A stretch of DNA of 64,000 nucleotides from an uncultured Collinsella sp. Its GTDB lineage: Bacteria; Actinomycetota; Coriobacteriia; Coriobacteriales; Coriobacteriaceae. Positions 17,652 to 28,065 of the stretch are shown one piece after another. The stretch's first letter is position 1; each line of letters begins with the position of its first letter. The DNA is taken from assembly GCA_900541825.1 (NCBI GenBank), contig UQLJ01000005.1, positions 9,482 through 73,481 on the forward strand. Direction: 5' to 3'. A program made the translations under genes and the position numbers. The notes below the pieces were generated by a model that was not told where the DNA came from, searched no databases, and saw nothing but the letters and a program-made list of their open reading frames with translations.

Positions 17652-18581
17652 ATGAAAATTCCCGTAGATAAGCTGACCCGCGCTTTTAAGATGGGCGCGT
17701 CCGTTAAGAAGGATTCCGATACGCCGGTGCGCGTCTCGGTCTATCTGGATTCGTCCGCCTCGCGCTTTCTGGCCGAGACGGTGCGTGACGCCTTTGTGCC
17801 GCAGACGTCCTCGGGCATTGTGCGCGTCGAGCGTCTGGGGGAGGAGCGAATTGCTCCAAAGACCGATACCGATGTGGTACTGGTGCTCTCGTGTGGTTCC
17901 GACCGCTTGGAGAGTGCCGTGCAGGAGCTCGTGATCGCCGGTGCGCCCGTGTGCGTGCTTGCCGAGTCTGCTGTGGAGGTGCCGTTTATCGAGGAGTCCA
18001 CGCCCATGCTCGGCGTGGTAGCGGCAACCGATAAGACGTATCTGCTCGAGACGCTTGCCCGCTGGATTCTCGATCGCACCGACAAGGAAACGGCCTTTGC
18101 GGCGAACTTTGCCTTCATGCGCATCGCGGCGGCCAATCGTATCATCACCTCGTGCGCGCTCACCAATATGGCGACCGGTGCGCTGGTGTTTTTGCCGGGC
18201 GCCGATTATCCCGTTATGGCGCTGGCGCAGGTGGGCATGCTCTTTGAGCTCGCTGCCGTCTTTGGACGCGGCATTAAGCCAGAGCGTGGCTACGAGGTCG
18301 CGGGCGTGCTTGCCGGCGGTCTTGTGATCCGCGCGGTCACCCGCGCGCTCGTCAAGCAGACGCCGCATATTGGGTTTGCCGTCAAGGCGCTCACTGCCGC
18401 CGCGGGTACCTATGGCATGGGCCGTGCGCTCGTTTCGCTCTACGAGCGCGATGTTGACTACAGCCGTGCCAACGAGGTGGTCACTGCCACGTTCTCCCGC
18501 GTTCGCGATCTGGTGACCACGGTCGCGGGTGCTACCCGTCCTATGGCGTCCTACCAGGACGCATCCGATCTCGCAGCTTAG
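17652..18581 (+). CDS. conserved-looking hypothetical protein (soluble N-terminal half, hydrophobic Gly/Ala-rich C-terminal half)
   Basis: 309-aa ORF with a GGAGGGG RBS, 18 nt after rodA and 10 nt before the radical SAM gene. I recognise no catalytic motif. The C-terminal helices (ALVFLPGADYPVMALAQVGMLFELAAVFG) resemble DUF697-type membrane-associated segments. Confidence 0.55.
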   Translation: MKIPVDKLTRAFKMGASVKKDSDTPVRVSVYLDSSASRFLAETVRDAFVPQTSSGIVRVERLGEERIAPKTDTDVVLVLSCGSDRLESAVQELVIAGAPVCVLAESAVEVPFIEESTPMLGVVAATDKTYLLETLARWILDRTDKETAFAANFAFMRIAAANRIITSCALTNMATGALVFLPGADYPVMALAQVGMLFELAAVFGRGIKPERGYEVAGVLAGGLVIRAVTRALVKQTPHIGFAVKALTAAAGTYGMGRALVSLYERDVDYSRANEVVTATFSRVRDLVTTVAGATRPMASYQDASDLAA

Positions 18582-18591
18582 GGGTTTTCCG

Positions 18592-20469
18592 TTGCGCGTT
18601 GCATACCAAGACTGTTTTCATTTAATTGAGCCGCTGCTCGCCAAGGTCGAGAAACCGAGCCGCTATATCGATCACGAGTGGGGCACGCTTTCCAAGGCCG
18701 ATGCCGACTACCGTTGCTGCCTGATCTACCCGGATGTGTACGAGGTCGGTCTGCCCAACCAGGGCATCGCCATCCTCTACAACATCCTTAACCAGGCCGA
18801 GGGCATCTCCTGCGAGCGCGGCTATGTGCCGTGGCCCGATATGGGTGACGCCATGCGCGAGGCAGGCATTCCGCTGCTCTCGCTCGAGGGTGCAGCGCCG
18901 GTTGCTTCGTTTGATATCGTCGGCCTGCATGTGCCGCACGAGATGGCGGTAACGAACTTCCTCGAGGCACTCGACCTCGCTGGTATTCCGCTGTTAGCGG
19001 CTGACCGCACCGAGGACGACCCCATTATCATCGCCGGCGGCCCCTCGGTGTACAACCCCGAGCCGTACGCGGCTTTCTTCGATGCCATCCTCATCGGTGA
19101 GGGCGAGGAATCGCTGCTCGAGACCTGCCAGCTGCATCGCCGCCTGCGTGACGAAGGGGTCCCGCGCGCGCAGATTGTCGAGCAGCTTGCATCCATTGCC
19201 GGCAACTACGTGCCGTCGCTCTATGAAGTTCGTCACGACGAGCCCTGCTCGCCGCATGGCTACACCGTGCCGCGTGAGGGCAAGGATGCGCCGACGGTGG
19301 TCTACAAGCGCGTCGTCGAGGATTTCGGCGCCACGAATCCGTTGTCGCAGTCGTGCGTACCCTATGCGCAGCTGGTCCACGACCGCCTGTCTATCGAGAT
19401 CCTGCGCGGCTGCGCCCGCGGCTGTCGTTTTTGCCAGGCCGGTATGACGTATCGCCCGGTGCGCGAGCGCTCGGCCGACCAGATCGTCTCGTCGGTAATT
19501 CAGGGTCTGGAAAAGACCGGCTATGACGAGGTGTCGCTGACCTCGCTCTCCACGACCGACCACTCCTGCATTCGCGACGTGCTCGGCAGGCTCAACCGTC
19601 GCCTGGAGGATACGGGTATTCGCGTGTCTATTCCGTCGCAGCGCCTGGATTCGTTTGGCGTGGATATGGCCGAGTCGGTTGCTGGCGAAAAGAAGGGCGG
19701 CCTGACGTTCGCGCCCGAGGCCGGTAGCCAGCGCATGCGCGACATCATTAACAAGAACGTGACCGAGGAGGACCTGGACCGTGCGGCCAAGGCGGCCTTC
19801 GAGGCCGGCTGGAACCGCATGAAGCTCTACTTTATGATGGGCCTTCCCGGCGAGCGCGATGAGGACATCGTGGCCATCGCCAATCTGGCCGATCACGTGC
19901 TGGAGCTCGGTCGTTCCGTGGTGCCCAAGGCTCGTCGCGGCTCGATCTCGGTGTCCATCTCGGTTTCGGTTTTTATCCCCAAGGCTGCCACGCCGTTCCA
20001 GTGGTGCCCGCAGCTCGACTACGACGACGTCAAGCGTCGCCAGAAGCTGCTTATCACGAGCGTTCGCAACCGTGCCGTCCGCGTGCATTACCACGATGCC
20101 GAGACCTCGCTCATCGAGGCCGCGCTGTCCCGCGCCGGTCGTGACATGACGCCCGTCATCATTGACGCTTGGCGCTCGGGCTCTCGCTTTGACGCCTGGG
20201 TAGAGCATTTCTCGCTCGATAACTGGAAGGAAGCTGCTGCCAAAAACGGCATCGACCTCAATGAGCTCGTGCACCTGCCCTACGAGTTGGACTGGCGCCT
20301 GCCGTGGGAGCACGTGAGCCCCGGCTGCACGCGCGGCTTCCTCGAGCGCGAGTACCGTCGCTCGCTCGAGGGCGTCACGACTCCTGACTGCACCCGCACG
20401 TCGTGCACCGGCTGCGGGATCTGCCCCACGCTCCACGCCAAGAATGTATTGATGGGTGATCGCGCATGA
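18592..20469 (+). CDS. radical SAM protein with B12-binding-like N-terminal domain (TIGR03960-like family)
   Basis: CxxxCxxC cluster motif in LRGCARGCRFCQAGMTY, and N-terminal KPSRYIDHEWG typical of this family. The ORF track starts at 18529 inside the previous gene. TTG 18592 lies just after that gene's stop. Confidence 0.85.
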   Translation: MRVAYQDCFHLIEPLLAKVEKPSRYIDHEWGTLSKADADYRCCLIYPDVYEVGLPNQGIAILYNILNQAEGISCERGYVPWPDMGDAMREAGIPLLSLEGAAPVASFDIVGLHVPHEMAVTNFLEALDLAGIPLLAADRTEDDPIIIAGGPSVYNPEPYAAFFDAILIGEGEESLLETCQLHRRLRDEGVPRAQIVEQLASIAGNYVPSLYEVRHDEPCSPHGYTVPREGKDAPTVVYKRVVEDFGATNPLSQSCVPYAQLVHDRLSIEILRGCARGCRFCQAGMTYRPVRERSADQIVSSVIQGLEKTGYDEVSLTSLSTTDHSCIRDVLGRLNRRLEDTGIRVSIPSQRLDSFGVDMAESVAGEKKGGLTFAPEAGSQRMRDIINKNVTEEDLDRAAKAAFEAGWNRMKLYFMMGLPGERDEDIVAIANLADHVLELGRSVVPKARRGSISVSISVSVFIPKAATPFQWCPQLDYDDVKRRQKLLITSVRNRAVRVHYHDAETSLIEAALSRAGRDMTPVIIDAWRSGSRFDAWVEHFSLDNWKEAAAKNGIDLNELVHLPYELDWRLPWEHVSPGCTRGFLEREYRRSLEGVTTPDCTRTSCTGCGICPTLHAKNVLMGDRA

Positions 20470-21278
20470 GTGAGCGCCTGACCGACAACCCCTCGCTCTT
20501 TAGGCTTCGTGTTCGCTATGGCAAGCGCGATCGCCTTAAGTACCTGGGCCATCTCGAAGTGATTCATACCATTGAGCGCATCGTGCGCCGTGCAGGACTT
20601 CCCTATGCCGTCACGCAGGGCTTCTCTCCGCACATGCGCGTGGGCTTCTCTTCGGCGCTACCGGTTGGTACGTCGTCGACCTGCGAGTGGTATGACCTGT
20701 TTATGACCGAGTTCGTGGCGCTCGACGAGGCGTTTGAGCGCCTGTCTGCGGCATCTCCGGCCGATCTGGCGCCCATCGAGGCGGCGTACATCGACGTGCG
20801 CACGCCGGCGTTGACGGCGCAGCTCACGAGCCTGTCGTATCGCATCGACCTGCATCTGGACCCCGAGGCGCCCGTAAGCGCCGACGAGGTGCATCGTGCG
20901 ATCGACACGCTGCGCGCGGGCCATGGCATCGACTACGCGCGCGGAAAAAAGAGCAAGCGCTTGGATTTGGATCACACGCTCGTTGGCTATGAGCTCACGG
21001 CGGGGGAGCGCCCGGACCATTTGGTGCTCATGCTCGACACCCATGCCGACAACGAGGGCTCCATGCGTCCGGAAATTTTGCTTTCCGCTGCTGATGTTTT
21101 GTTGCAGGGCTTGACCCCGGGCGTGGATGCACCTATTGTTTCCACCGGTATGCAAGACCTCGTGACCATCTGCTCCTACGATGTCGAGCGTCAGAATCAA
21201 GCATGCGAGGACGACGAGGGCCGACTCGTCAGCCCCATACCTGTGCGAACTTGTGGATTTGCTCCACATACTCGTTGA
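20466..21278 (+). CDS. radical SAM-associated protein (DUF2344 / TIGR03936-like)
   Basis: LRYLGHLEVIHTIERIVRRAGLPYAVTQGFSPHMRVGFSSALPVG is the hallmark N-terminus of this family. ATGA overlap with the upstream radical SAM gene. Confidence 0.8.
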   Translation: MSERLTDNPSLFRLRVRYGKRDRLKYLGHLEVIHTIERIVRRAGLPYAVTQGFSPHMRVGFSSALPVGTSSTCEWYDLFMTEFVALDEAFERLSAASPADLAPIEAAYIDVRTPALTAQLTSLSYRIDLHLDPEAPVSADEVHRAIDTLRAGHGIDYARGKKSKRLDLDHTLVGYELTAGERPDHLVLMLDTHADNEGSMRPEILLSAADVLLQGLTPGVDAPIVSTGMQDLVTICSYDVERQNQACEDDEGRLVSPIPVRTCGFAPHTR

Positions 21279-21345
21279 CGGGGGTATTTTCGCCTGCTAC
21301 TATATTCGGCTGTTGCACTAACTGATGCATGAAGGGCAAGTAAAC

Positions 21346-21720
21346 ATGTACGCAATCGTTAACACGGGCGGCAAGCAGTACAAGGTCGCCACCGACGATG
21401 TCATCACCGTCGAGAAGATCGAGGGCAATGAGGGCGATAAGGTCACCCTGCCGGTTATCTTCCTCAACGATGGTAAGAAGATCGTCACCGATCCCGACAA
21501 GCTGGCCAAGGCCAAGGTTACCGCTCAGATCGTTGAGCAGTTCAAGGGCGAGAAGCAGCTGGTCTTCAAGTTCCACAAGCGCAAGCGCTATCGTCGTCTG
21601 AAGGGTCACCGTCAGCAGCTCACCAAGCTGAAGATCGTGAAGGTTCAGGCTACCTCCCGCGCCAAGAAGGCTGTCAAGGCAGAGGCTGAGGCTGTTGCCG
21701 AGGCTCCCGTCGCCGAGTAG
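21346..21720 (+). CDS. rplU: 50S ribosomal protein L21
   Basis: MYAIVNTGGKQYKV... is a canonical L21 start. It carries an Ala/Lys/Glu-rich C-terminal extension. The ORF track begins 21 nt upstream. Confidence 0.95.
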   Translation: MYAIVNTGGKQYKVATDDVITVEKIEGNEGDKVTLPVIFLNDGKKIVTDPDKLAKAKVTAQIVEQFKGEKQLVFKFHKRKRYRRLKGHRQQLTKLKIVKVQATSRAKKAVKAEAEAVAEAPVAE

Positions 21721-21753
21721 ATTACACTCGTAACGAAAGAGTAGGTATACACA

Positions 21754-22011
21754 ATGGCACACAAAAAAGGACTCGGTTCCTCCCGTAATGGCCGTGACTC
21801 CCGCGGTCAGCGCCTTGGCACGAAGCGCTATGCCGGCCAGACGGTAACCACGGGCACGATTCTCGTCCGTCAGCACGGCACGCACATCCACCCGGGTGAG
21901 AACGTTGGCCGTGGTAAGGACGACACGCTGTTCGCGCTGGTCGACGGTACCGTTGAGTTCCACAAGGGTATCAAGCACAGGGTCAGCGTACGCCCGCTCG
22001 CGAACGCGTAA
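21754..22011 (+). CDS. rpmA: 50S ribosomal protein L27
   Basis: [16 protein letters not shown]... is a canonical mature-type L27 N-terminus with no cleavable extension. Confidence 0.96.
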   Translation: MAHKKGLGSSRNGRDSRGQRLGTKRYAGQTVTTGTILVRQHGTHIHPGENVGRGKDDTLFALVDGTVEFHKGIKHRVSVRPLANA

Positions 22012-22036
22012 TTCACCCTTCATAGAGCACATATGT

Positions 22037-22080
22037 GGGAGGCACTTGAGTTTTAGGATTCAAGGGTCTCCCTCTTTTTT
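22037..22080 (+). terminator. intrinsic terminator or attenuating hairpin between rpmA and obg
   Basis: GGGAGGCACTTGA ... TCAAGGGTCTCCC stem followed by TCTTTTTT. Confidence 0.7.
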
Positions 22081-22084
22081 GTAG

Positions 22085-23563
<1,479 letters not shown>

Positions 23564-23566
23564 GCC

Positions 23567-24244
23567 ATGTCGCTGCGCGGTGGAATCGGTCTGCCCGAGC
23601 TTCCTCTAGAGGACGGGCGGGAGTTTAGGCTCGGCATTATGGGCGGCACATTCGACCCGATTCATTACGGGCACTTGGTGACTGCCGAGCAGGCGCGCGA
23701 GTCGCTCGACTTGGACGCTGTGCTCTTTATGCCGGCGGGCTCTCCTGCCTTTAAGCTTGACAAGCCGGTGACGCCTGCCGAGGACCGTTATGCCATGACG
23801 GTCCTCGCCACCGCCGCGAACCCGGCCTTTTTGGCGAGCCGGTTCGAGATCGACCGTCCGGGCGTAACCTATACGGCCGATACGCTTCATGCCCTTCGCG
23901 ACTTTTACCCGCCGCAAGTAAAGCTTTACTTTATTACGGGCGCCGACGCGATTATCGATATCGTGACCTGGCATGATGCCGAACGAATCGCTGAGCTTGC
24001 TACCTTTATTGCGGCGACGCGACCGGGCTTTGATATCGATACGGCGCGTGCCCGAATCAAAGAGTCGGGGCTGCCGTTCGACGTGCGCTATATTCAGATT
24101 CCGGCGCTGGCGATCAGCTCGACGAACATTCGTAAGCGAGTTGCCCGCGGTATGAGCGTGCGCTATCTTACGAGCGAGTCCGTGCTCGGCTACATTCGCA
24201 AACGCAGGCTATATGCCGATTTGGGCCAAGAAGATTTTGAGTGA
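23567..24244 (+). CDS. nadD: nicotinate-nucleotide adenylyltransferase
   Basis: GIMGGTFDPIHYGH (HxGH nucleotidyltransferase motif) and ISSTNIRKR near the C-terminus. Confidence 0.92.
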   Translation: MSLRGGIGLPELPLEDGREFRLGIMGGTFDPIHYGHLVTAEQARESLDLDAVLFMPAGSPAFKLDKPVTPAEDRYAMTVLATAANPAFLASRFEIDRPGVTYTADTLHALRDFYPPQVKLYFITGADAIIDIVTWHDAERIAELATFIAATRPGFDIDTARARIKESGLPFDVRYIQIPALAISSTNIRKRVARGMSVRYLTSESVLGYIRKRRLYADLGQEDFE

Positions 24245-24256
24245 TGGGGGTCTACG

Positions 24257-24865
24257 TTGTCGGTAGAGGATCAGTTTGAGGGCGATGAGCGCGCGCTGCT
24301 CAAGCGCATTCAAGAGCTGCTCGATGTTCGCATGAAGGATAAGCGCAAGCGCTATGTGCATTCGCTGGGTGTTGCCGAGACCGCACTTCATCTGGCCGAG
24401 GTCTACGGCGTTGACCGCTTTGATGCCGCTGCCGCCGGCCTGATCCATGACTGGGACAAAGTGCTCTCCGACGACGAGCTGGTCACGCGCGCTCTGCATT
24501 ACGGCATTATGATTGCCGGCTCTCCTTCCGCCGCGACGCCGCTTTTGCATGGCCCTGTTGCCGCCTATGAGCTTCCGCAGCTTTTCCCCGAGTTGTCGCC
24601 GGCCGTTTTCCAGGCTGTCGACCGTCACACCGTGGGTGCCTGCGACATGACGCCGCTCGATATGGTGGTCTTTGTGGCCGATGCCATCGAGCCCAACCGC
24701 CACGGCGACTATGCGCATGCGCTGCGCAAGATGGTGGGGGAGTCTACGCTCGATGAGTTGTTCTTCTCCTGTTTTGCGCAGGGTCTGGTCTATGTGATCC
24801 AGTCCGGGCGCTATCTTTATCCCACGGCTATTACGATTTACAACCATTACGCCCAGCTGCGCTAG
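24257..24865 (+). CDS. yqeK: HD-domain bis(5'-nucleosyl)-tetraphosphatase YqeK
   Basis: HSLGVAETA...GLIHDWDK HD motif. Conserved nadD-yqeK-rsfS order. Confidence 0.85.
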   Translation: MSVEDQFEGDERALLKRIQELLDVRMKDKRKRYVHSLGVAETALHLAEVYGVDRFDAAAAGLIHDWDKVLSDDELVTRALHYGIMIAGSPSAATPLLHGPVAAYELPQLFPELSPAVFQAVDRHTVGACDMTPLDMVVFVADAIEPNRHGDYAHALRKMVGESTLDELFFSCFAQGLVYVIQSGRYLYPTAITIYNHYAQLR

Positions 24866-24892
24866 CTCGGGCTGTCTAGAAAGAGGTATTCC

Positions 24893-25348
24893 ATGGCCGA
24901 CGAGACCATGACCGACGAGCAGATTCTTGAAGGTGTGGAGCACAAGAGCTTCGCCGCCACGTCCGACCGCACTGCCGCCTCGCTGTCCGCGAGCGGTGTC
25001 GCCGCCGAGGATGTCGCCCGCGCCGCCGCGCAGGCCGCCTACGACAAGAAGGGCGAGGACGTTCAGGTACTCGACCTGACCGAGCTTTCCGACGTATGCG
25101 ACTACTTTGTGCTTGCCACCGGTACCAACAACCGCCAGGTCGATTCTATCGTCGACGAGATCGAGGAGAAGGTCGCCGAGGCTTGCGGCGAGCACCCGTT
25201 CTCCATCGAGGGTCGCGAGCAGAAGACCTGGATGCTCATGGACTACGGTTCGGTTGTCGTCCACGTCTTCACTCCCGAAGCCCGCGACTTCTACCGCCTC
25301 GAGAAACTCTGGGGAGACGCCCCCCAGCTCCCCCTCAACCTCCTCTAG
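24893..25348 (+). CDS. rsfS: ribosome silencing factor RsfS
   Basis: The core KKGEDVQVLDL..DYFVLATGTNNRQV..WMLMDYGSVVVHVF matches RsfS/iojap. Confidence 0.9.
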   Translation: MADETMTDEQILEGVEHKSFAATSDRTAASLSASGVAAEDVARAAAQAAYDKKGEDVQVLDLTELSDVCDYFVLATGTNNRQVDSIVDEIEEKVAEACGEHPFSIEGREQKTWMLMDYGSVVVHVFTPEARDFYRLEKLWGDAPQLPLNLL

Positions 25349-25389
25349 TAGCTCATTTAAGACGGGGTTTAGCTACCCTCACGCATATC

Positions 25390-25432
25390 GCCGGGCAGTT
25401 GCGGTTTTCCGCACCTGCCCGGCTTTCTTTTT
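25390..25432 (+). terminator. intrinsic terminator after rsfS
   Basis: GCCGGGCAG ... CTGCCCGGC stem followed by TTTCTTTTT. Confidence 0.7.
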
Positions 25433-25444
25433 GCCCAAAGGCGG

Positions 25445-26698
25445 TTAATCGTTGAAGCGGGATTGGCGGCCGAAGGAAAGGGCGGTGTCGCCGAATTTGT
25501 CTCGGACGGCGTCGATGGCGACGGAGAGGTCGCGGCGGTCGCTGGATTGGGCTCCGCGGTCATCGATCTCGCAGAACAGGTCGGTCTGGATGCCGCCTTG
25601 GTGGTCGAAGTCGCTCATACCGATGCCTGCTAAGCGAACATGCATGCCATCCTGCCAGATGTTGTCGAGCAGTTCGAGTGCAACCGCCACGAAGATGTTC
25701 TCATCGTCGGTTGGATGAGGCAGCCGGCGCTGTGCCGTACGCCCGCTTCCATACGAATACTTGAGCTTGAGCGTCACCGTGGCGCCCGTTAGTCCCTGGC
25801 GGCGCAGGCGGCGTCCCACCGACTCGCCCAACAGCGCAATCGCCGCCTCAATATCCCCACGCTCAGTCAAATCTTTAGCAAAGGTGCGTTCATTGCTGAC
25901 AGACTTGACCTCGCGCTCTTCATCGAGACTCGTGACTTCAGAGATTTCGAGTCCCAGCGCACGCTGGCGCATGCGTTCGCCGTTGACGCCAAAAATAGAG
26001 GCCAGTGTGGACTCAGGCGCGCGCGAAAGCTCGCCGAGGGTGTAGATGCGCATGCGGCGCAGTCGCTCCTCGGCCGAGCGCCCGATGCCGCTCATGGCAG
26101 ATACCGGCAGCGCGGCCAAAAAGCGCTGCTCGGTTCCGGGGCGCACGATGGTCAGCCCAAACGGCTTATCCCGCTCGCTTGCGATCTTTGCGACCGTCTT
26201 GTTGCAGCCCACGCCAATGGAACAGGTCACTCCCAGCCCTGCCACGCGGTCGCTTATACGCCGCGCAACCAGCAGCGGGTCTTCGGGCGCAAAGCGACCC
26301 GGTGTGATATCGATAAAGGCTTCGTCGATGGATACGCGCTCAACGCGCGGGGTCTCGTCGGCGAGAATCGCCATGACCTGCGCGCTCACCTCGCGGTAGC
26401 GATCAAAGTGCCCGTGCGTCCAAATGGCTTGCGGGCACAAGCGCCGCGCCTCGGCCGAGGCCATGGCAGAGTGCACGCCAAAGCGACGTGCCTCATACGA
26501 ACACGTGGACACGACGCCACGCGAATCGGCGTCTCCGCCCACGATGAGCGGCTTTCCACGCCATTCGGGATGATCGAGCATCTCCACGCTCGCAAAAAAC
26601 GCATCGAGGTCCATGAGGCCTACCGCCGGACCCGTCCAGGGAGGCGGCGTGACGCCCATGGCATCCTCATAACCGTATGTATGTTCGCGTCTTTCCAT
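25445..26698 (-). CDS. dinB: DNA polymerase IV (Y-family)
   Basis: LMDLDAFFASVEMLDHPEWRGKPLIVGG is the DinB catalytic N-terminus. An alternative start at ATG 26659 (MGVTPPP) has a GAGGA RBS and may be the true start. Confidence 0.92.
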   Translation of the reverse strand: MERREHTYGYEDAMGVTPPPWTGPAVGLMDLDAFFASVEMLDHPEWRGKPLIVGGDADSRGVVSTCSYEARRFGVHSAMASAEARRLCPQAIWTHGHFDRYREVSAQVMAILADETPRVERVSIDEAFIDITPGRFAPEDPLLVARRISDRVAGLGVTCSIGVGCNKTVAKIASERDKPFGLTIVRPGTEQRFLAALPVSAMSGIGRSAEERLRRMRIYTLGELSRAPESTLASIFGVNGERMRQRALGLEISEVTSLDEEREVKSVSNERTFAKDLTERGDIEAAIALLGESVGRRLRRQGLTGATVTLKLKYSYGSGRTAQRRLPHPTDDENIFVAVALELLDNIWQDGMHVRLAGIGMSDFDHQGGIQTDLFCEIDDRGAQSSDRRDLSVAIDAVRDKFGDTALSFGRQSRFND

Positions 26699-26814
26699 GT
26701 CATGAGTATACCGCGCAGCTCATGTGGGGTGCGTGTATGTGCTTGCAAATCCCGAATTCTTGTCTAAGATATGGATTTGCCCTCGACTACACCGAAGAAG
26801 TTGGTCTCACGGAC

Positions 26815-26843
26815 TTCACCTGCCCGCGTCGATGGCGTATTAT
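26815..26843 (+). promoter_or_regulatory. candidate promoter for the rpsP operon
   Basis: TTCACC (26815-26820), a 17-nt spacer, then TATTAT (26838-26843). A second candidate is TTGCAA (26743), 16 nt, TAAGAT (26765). Confidence 0.4.
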
Positions 26844-26899
26844 GTTCAACTGTTTGTTTGTAGTTGCAGCCTAAAGCTGCTTGGTTGGAGGAGTTTCCT

Positions 26900-27241
26900 T
26901 TGGCAGTCAAGATTCGCCTTGCTCGTCACGGCGCTAAGAAGCGTCCGTACTACCGTGTCGTCGTCGCCGATTCCCGCGCCCCGCGTGACGGTCGTATCAT
27001 CGAGGAGGTTGGCCGCTACAACCCGATGACCGCCCCCAAGACCATCAACCTCGACCTCGAGAAGATCGCCGACTGGCAGTCCAAGGGCGCTCAGCTCACC
27101 GACGCCGTCGCTGCTCTGGTCAAGGCCGCCAACGAGGGCGAGAAGACCGAGACCGTCGTCAAGAAGTCCAAGAAGCAGCTCGCCAAAGAGGCCGAGGCCG
27201 CTAAGGCTGCCGCTGAGGCCGCTGAGGGCGCCGAGGAGTAA
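26900..27241 (+). CDS. rpsP: 30S ribosomal protein S16
   Basis: (M)[21 protein letters not shown] is a canonical S16 start at TTG 26900, 6 nt after GGAGGAG. It carries an Ala/Lys/Glu-rich C-terminal extension. The ORF track starts 36 nt upstream. Confidence 0.95.
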   Translation: MAVKIRLARHGAKKRPYYRVVVADSRAPRDGRIIEEVGRYNPMTAPKTINLDLEKIADWQSKGAQLTDAVAALVKAANEGEKTETVVKKSKKQLAKEAEAAKAAAEAAEGAEE

Positions 27242-27244
27242 ATC

Positions 27245-27529
27245 GTGCCTGAGGTTGACGCTGCACAGCTCGAGGGTGAGGCAATGCTCTCAGATCGCAT
27301 CGCCGATCTCGTCGAATATCTCGTTGTTCAGATCGTCGACGACCCGGATTCCGTGAGCCTTGAGGTCATCGATGGTGACGACGCCTCTACGATTGAGGTT
27401 TCGGTCGCCGAGGATGACGTCGCTAAGGTCATCGGCCGTCGTGGCCGTACCATCAAGGCCATTCGCACGCTCGCCCGTGCACTGGCCGCTCGCCTCGACA
27501 CTGCTGTCGAGGTAGAGGTTCTGGGCTAG
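27245..27529 (+). CDS. KH-domain RNA-binding protein (YlqC family)
   Basis: VIGRRGRTIKAIRTLARA GxxG KH motif. Conserved position between rpsP and rimM. An alternative start is ATG 27284. Confidence 0.85.
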   Translation: MPEVDAAQLEGEAMLSDRIADLVEYLVVQIVDDPDSVSLEVIDGDDASTIEVSVAEDDVAKVIGRRGRTIKAIRTLARALAARLDTAVEVEVLG

Positions 27530-27533
27530 GACC

Positions 27534-28055
27534 TTGAGGTCCCAGTACAAAAACATCGCCCGTGTGGTCAAGCCACACGGAAGGAAGGGGGAGGTCCTCG
27601 CGCAGCCGCTGCGGGGGCTTCCTTCTGTATTGGAGCCGGGTATGCGTGTCGCCCTGACGCCGCCGGCGCTTAAGCGCGACCGTTTTTGCACGGTCGTGTC
27701 CGTTACCGATACGGGCGATGGCGATCTGGTCTCGTTTGAGGGCATAGACGACTTGACGGCCGCCGAGGGCATCACCGGATGCTACGTGCTGGCAAATCGT
27801 GACGACTTTGAGCTCGATTCGCTCGACGCCGCCTATACCGACCTTATGGGTCGCGAGGTGGTCGATGAGCGCTTTGGCTCGCTCGGCACGATTGTCGAGA
27901 TCATGTCGACGCCCGCCAACGATGTTTGGGTTGTCGAGGGTGATCGGTACGGCGAGGTGCTGATTCCCGTGATCGAGCAGGTTGTGCTCGATCTTCCCGA
28001 CACAGGAACAATTTCCGTCTACGTTATGGACGGCTTGATCGATATGGACAAGTAG
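27534..28055 (+). CDS. rimM: ribosome maturation factor RimM
   Basis: IARVVKPHGRKGEV N-terminus and a PRC-barrel C-terminus. rpsP-KH-rimM-trmD context. Confidence 0.9.
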   Translation: MRSQYKNIARVVKPHGRKGEVLAQPLRGLPSVLEPGMRVALTPPALKRDRFCTVVSVTDTGDGDLVSFEGIDDLTAAEGITGCYVLANRDDFELDSLDAAYTDLMGREVVDERFGSLGTIVEIMSTPANDVWVVEGDRYGEVLIPVIEQVVLDLPDTGTISVYVMDGLIDMDK

Positions 28056-28065
28056 GGAGGACAGC

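Noticed and set aside
26674-26687. Possible LexA/SOS box at the dinB start: CGAACATACATACG on the minus strand, downstream of a TATACT -10-like box.
   Set aside because: Only the CGAAC half matches the CGAAC-N4-GTTCG consensus, and the second half (ATACG) is poor. It cannot be called without a genome-wide motif model. It does support the idea that the true dinB start may be ATG 26659.
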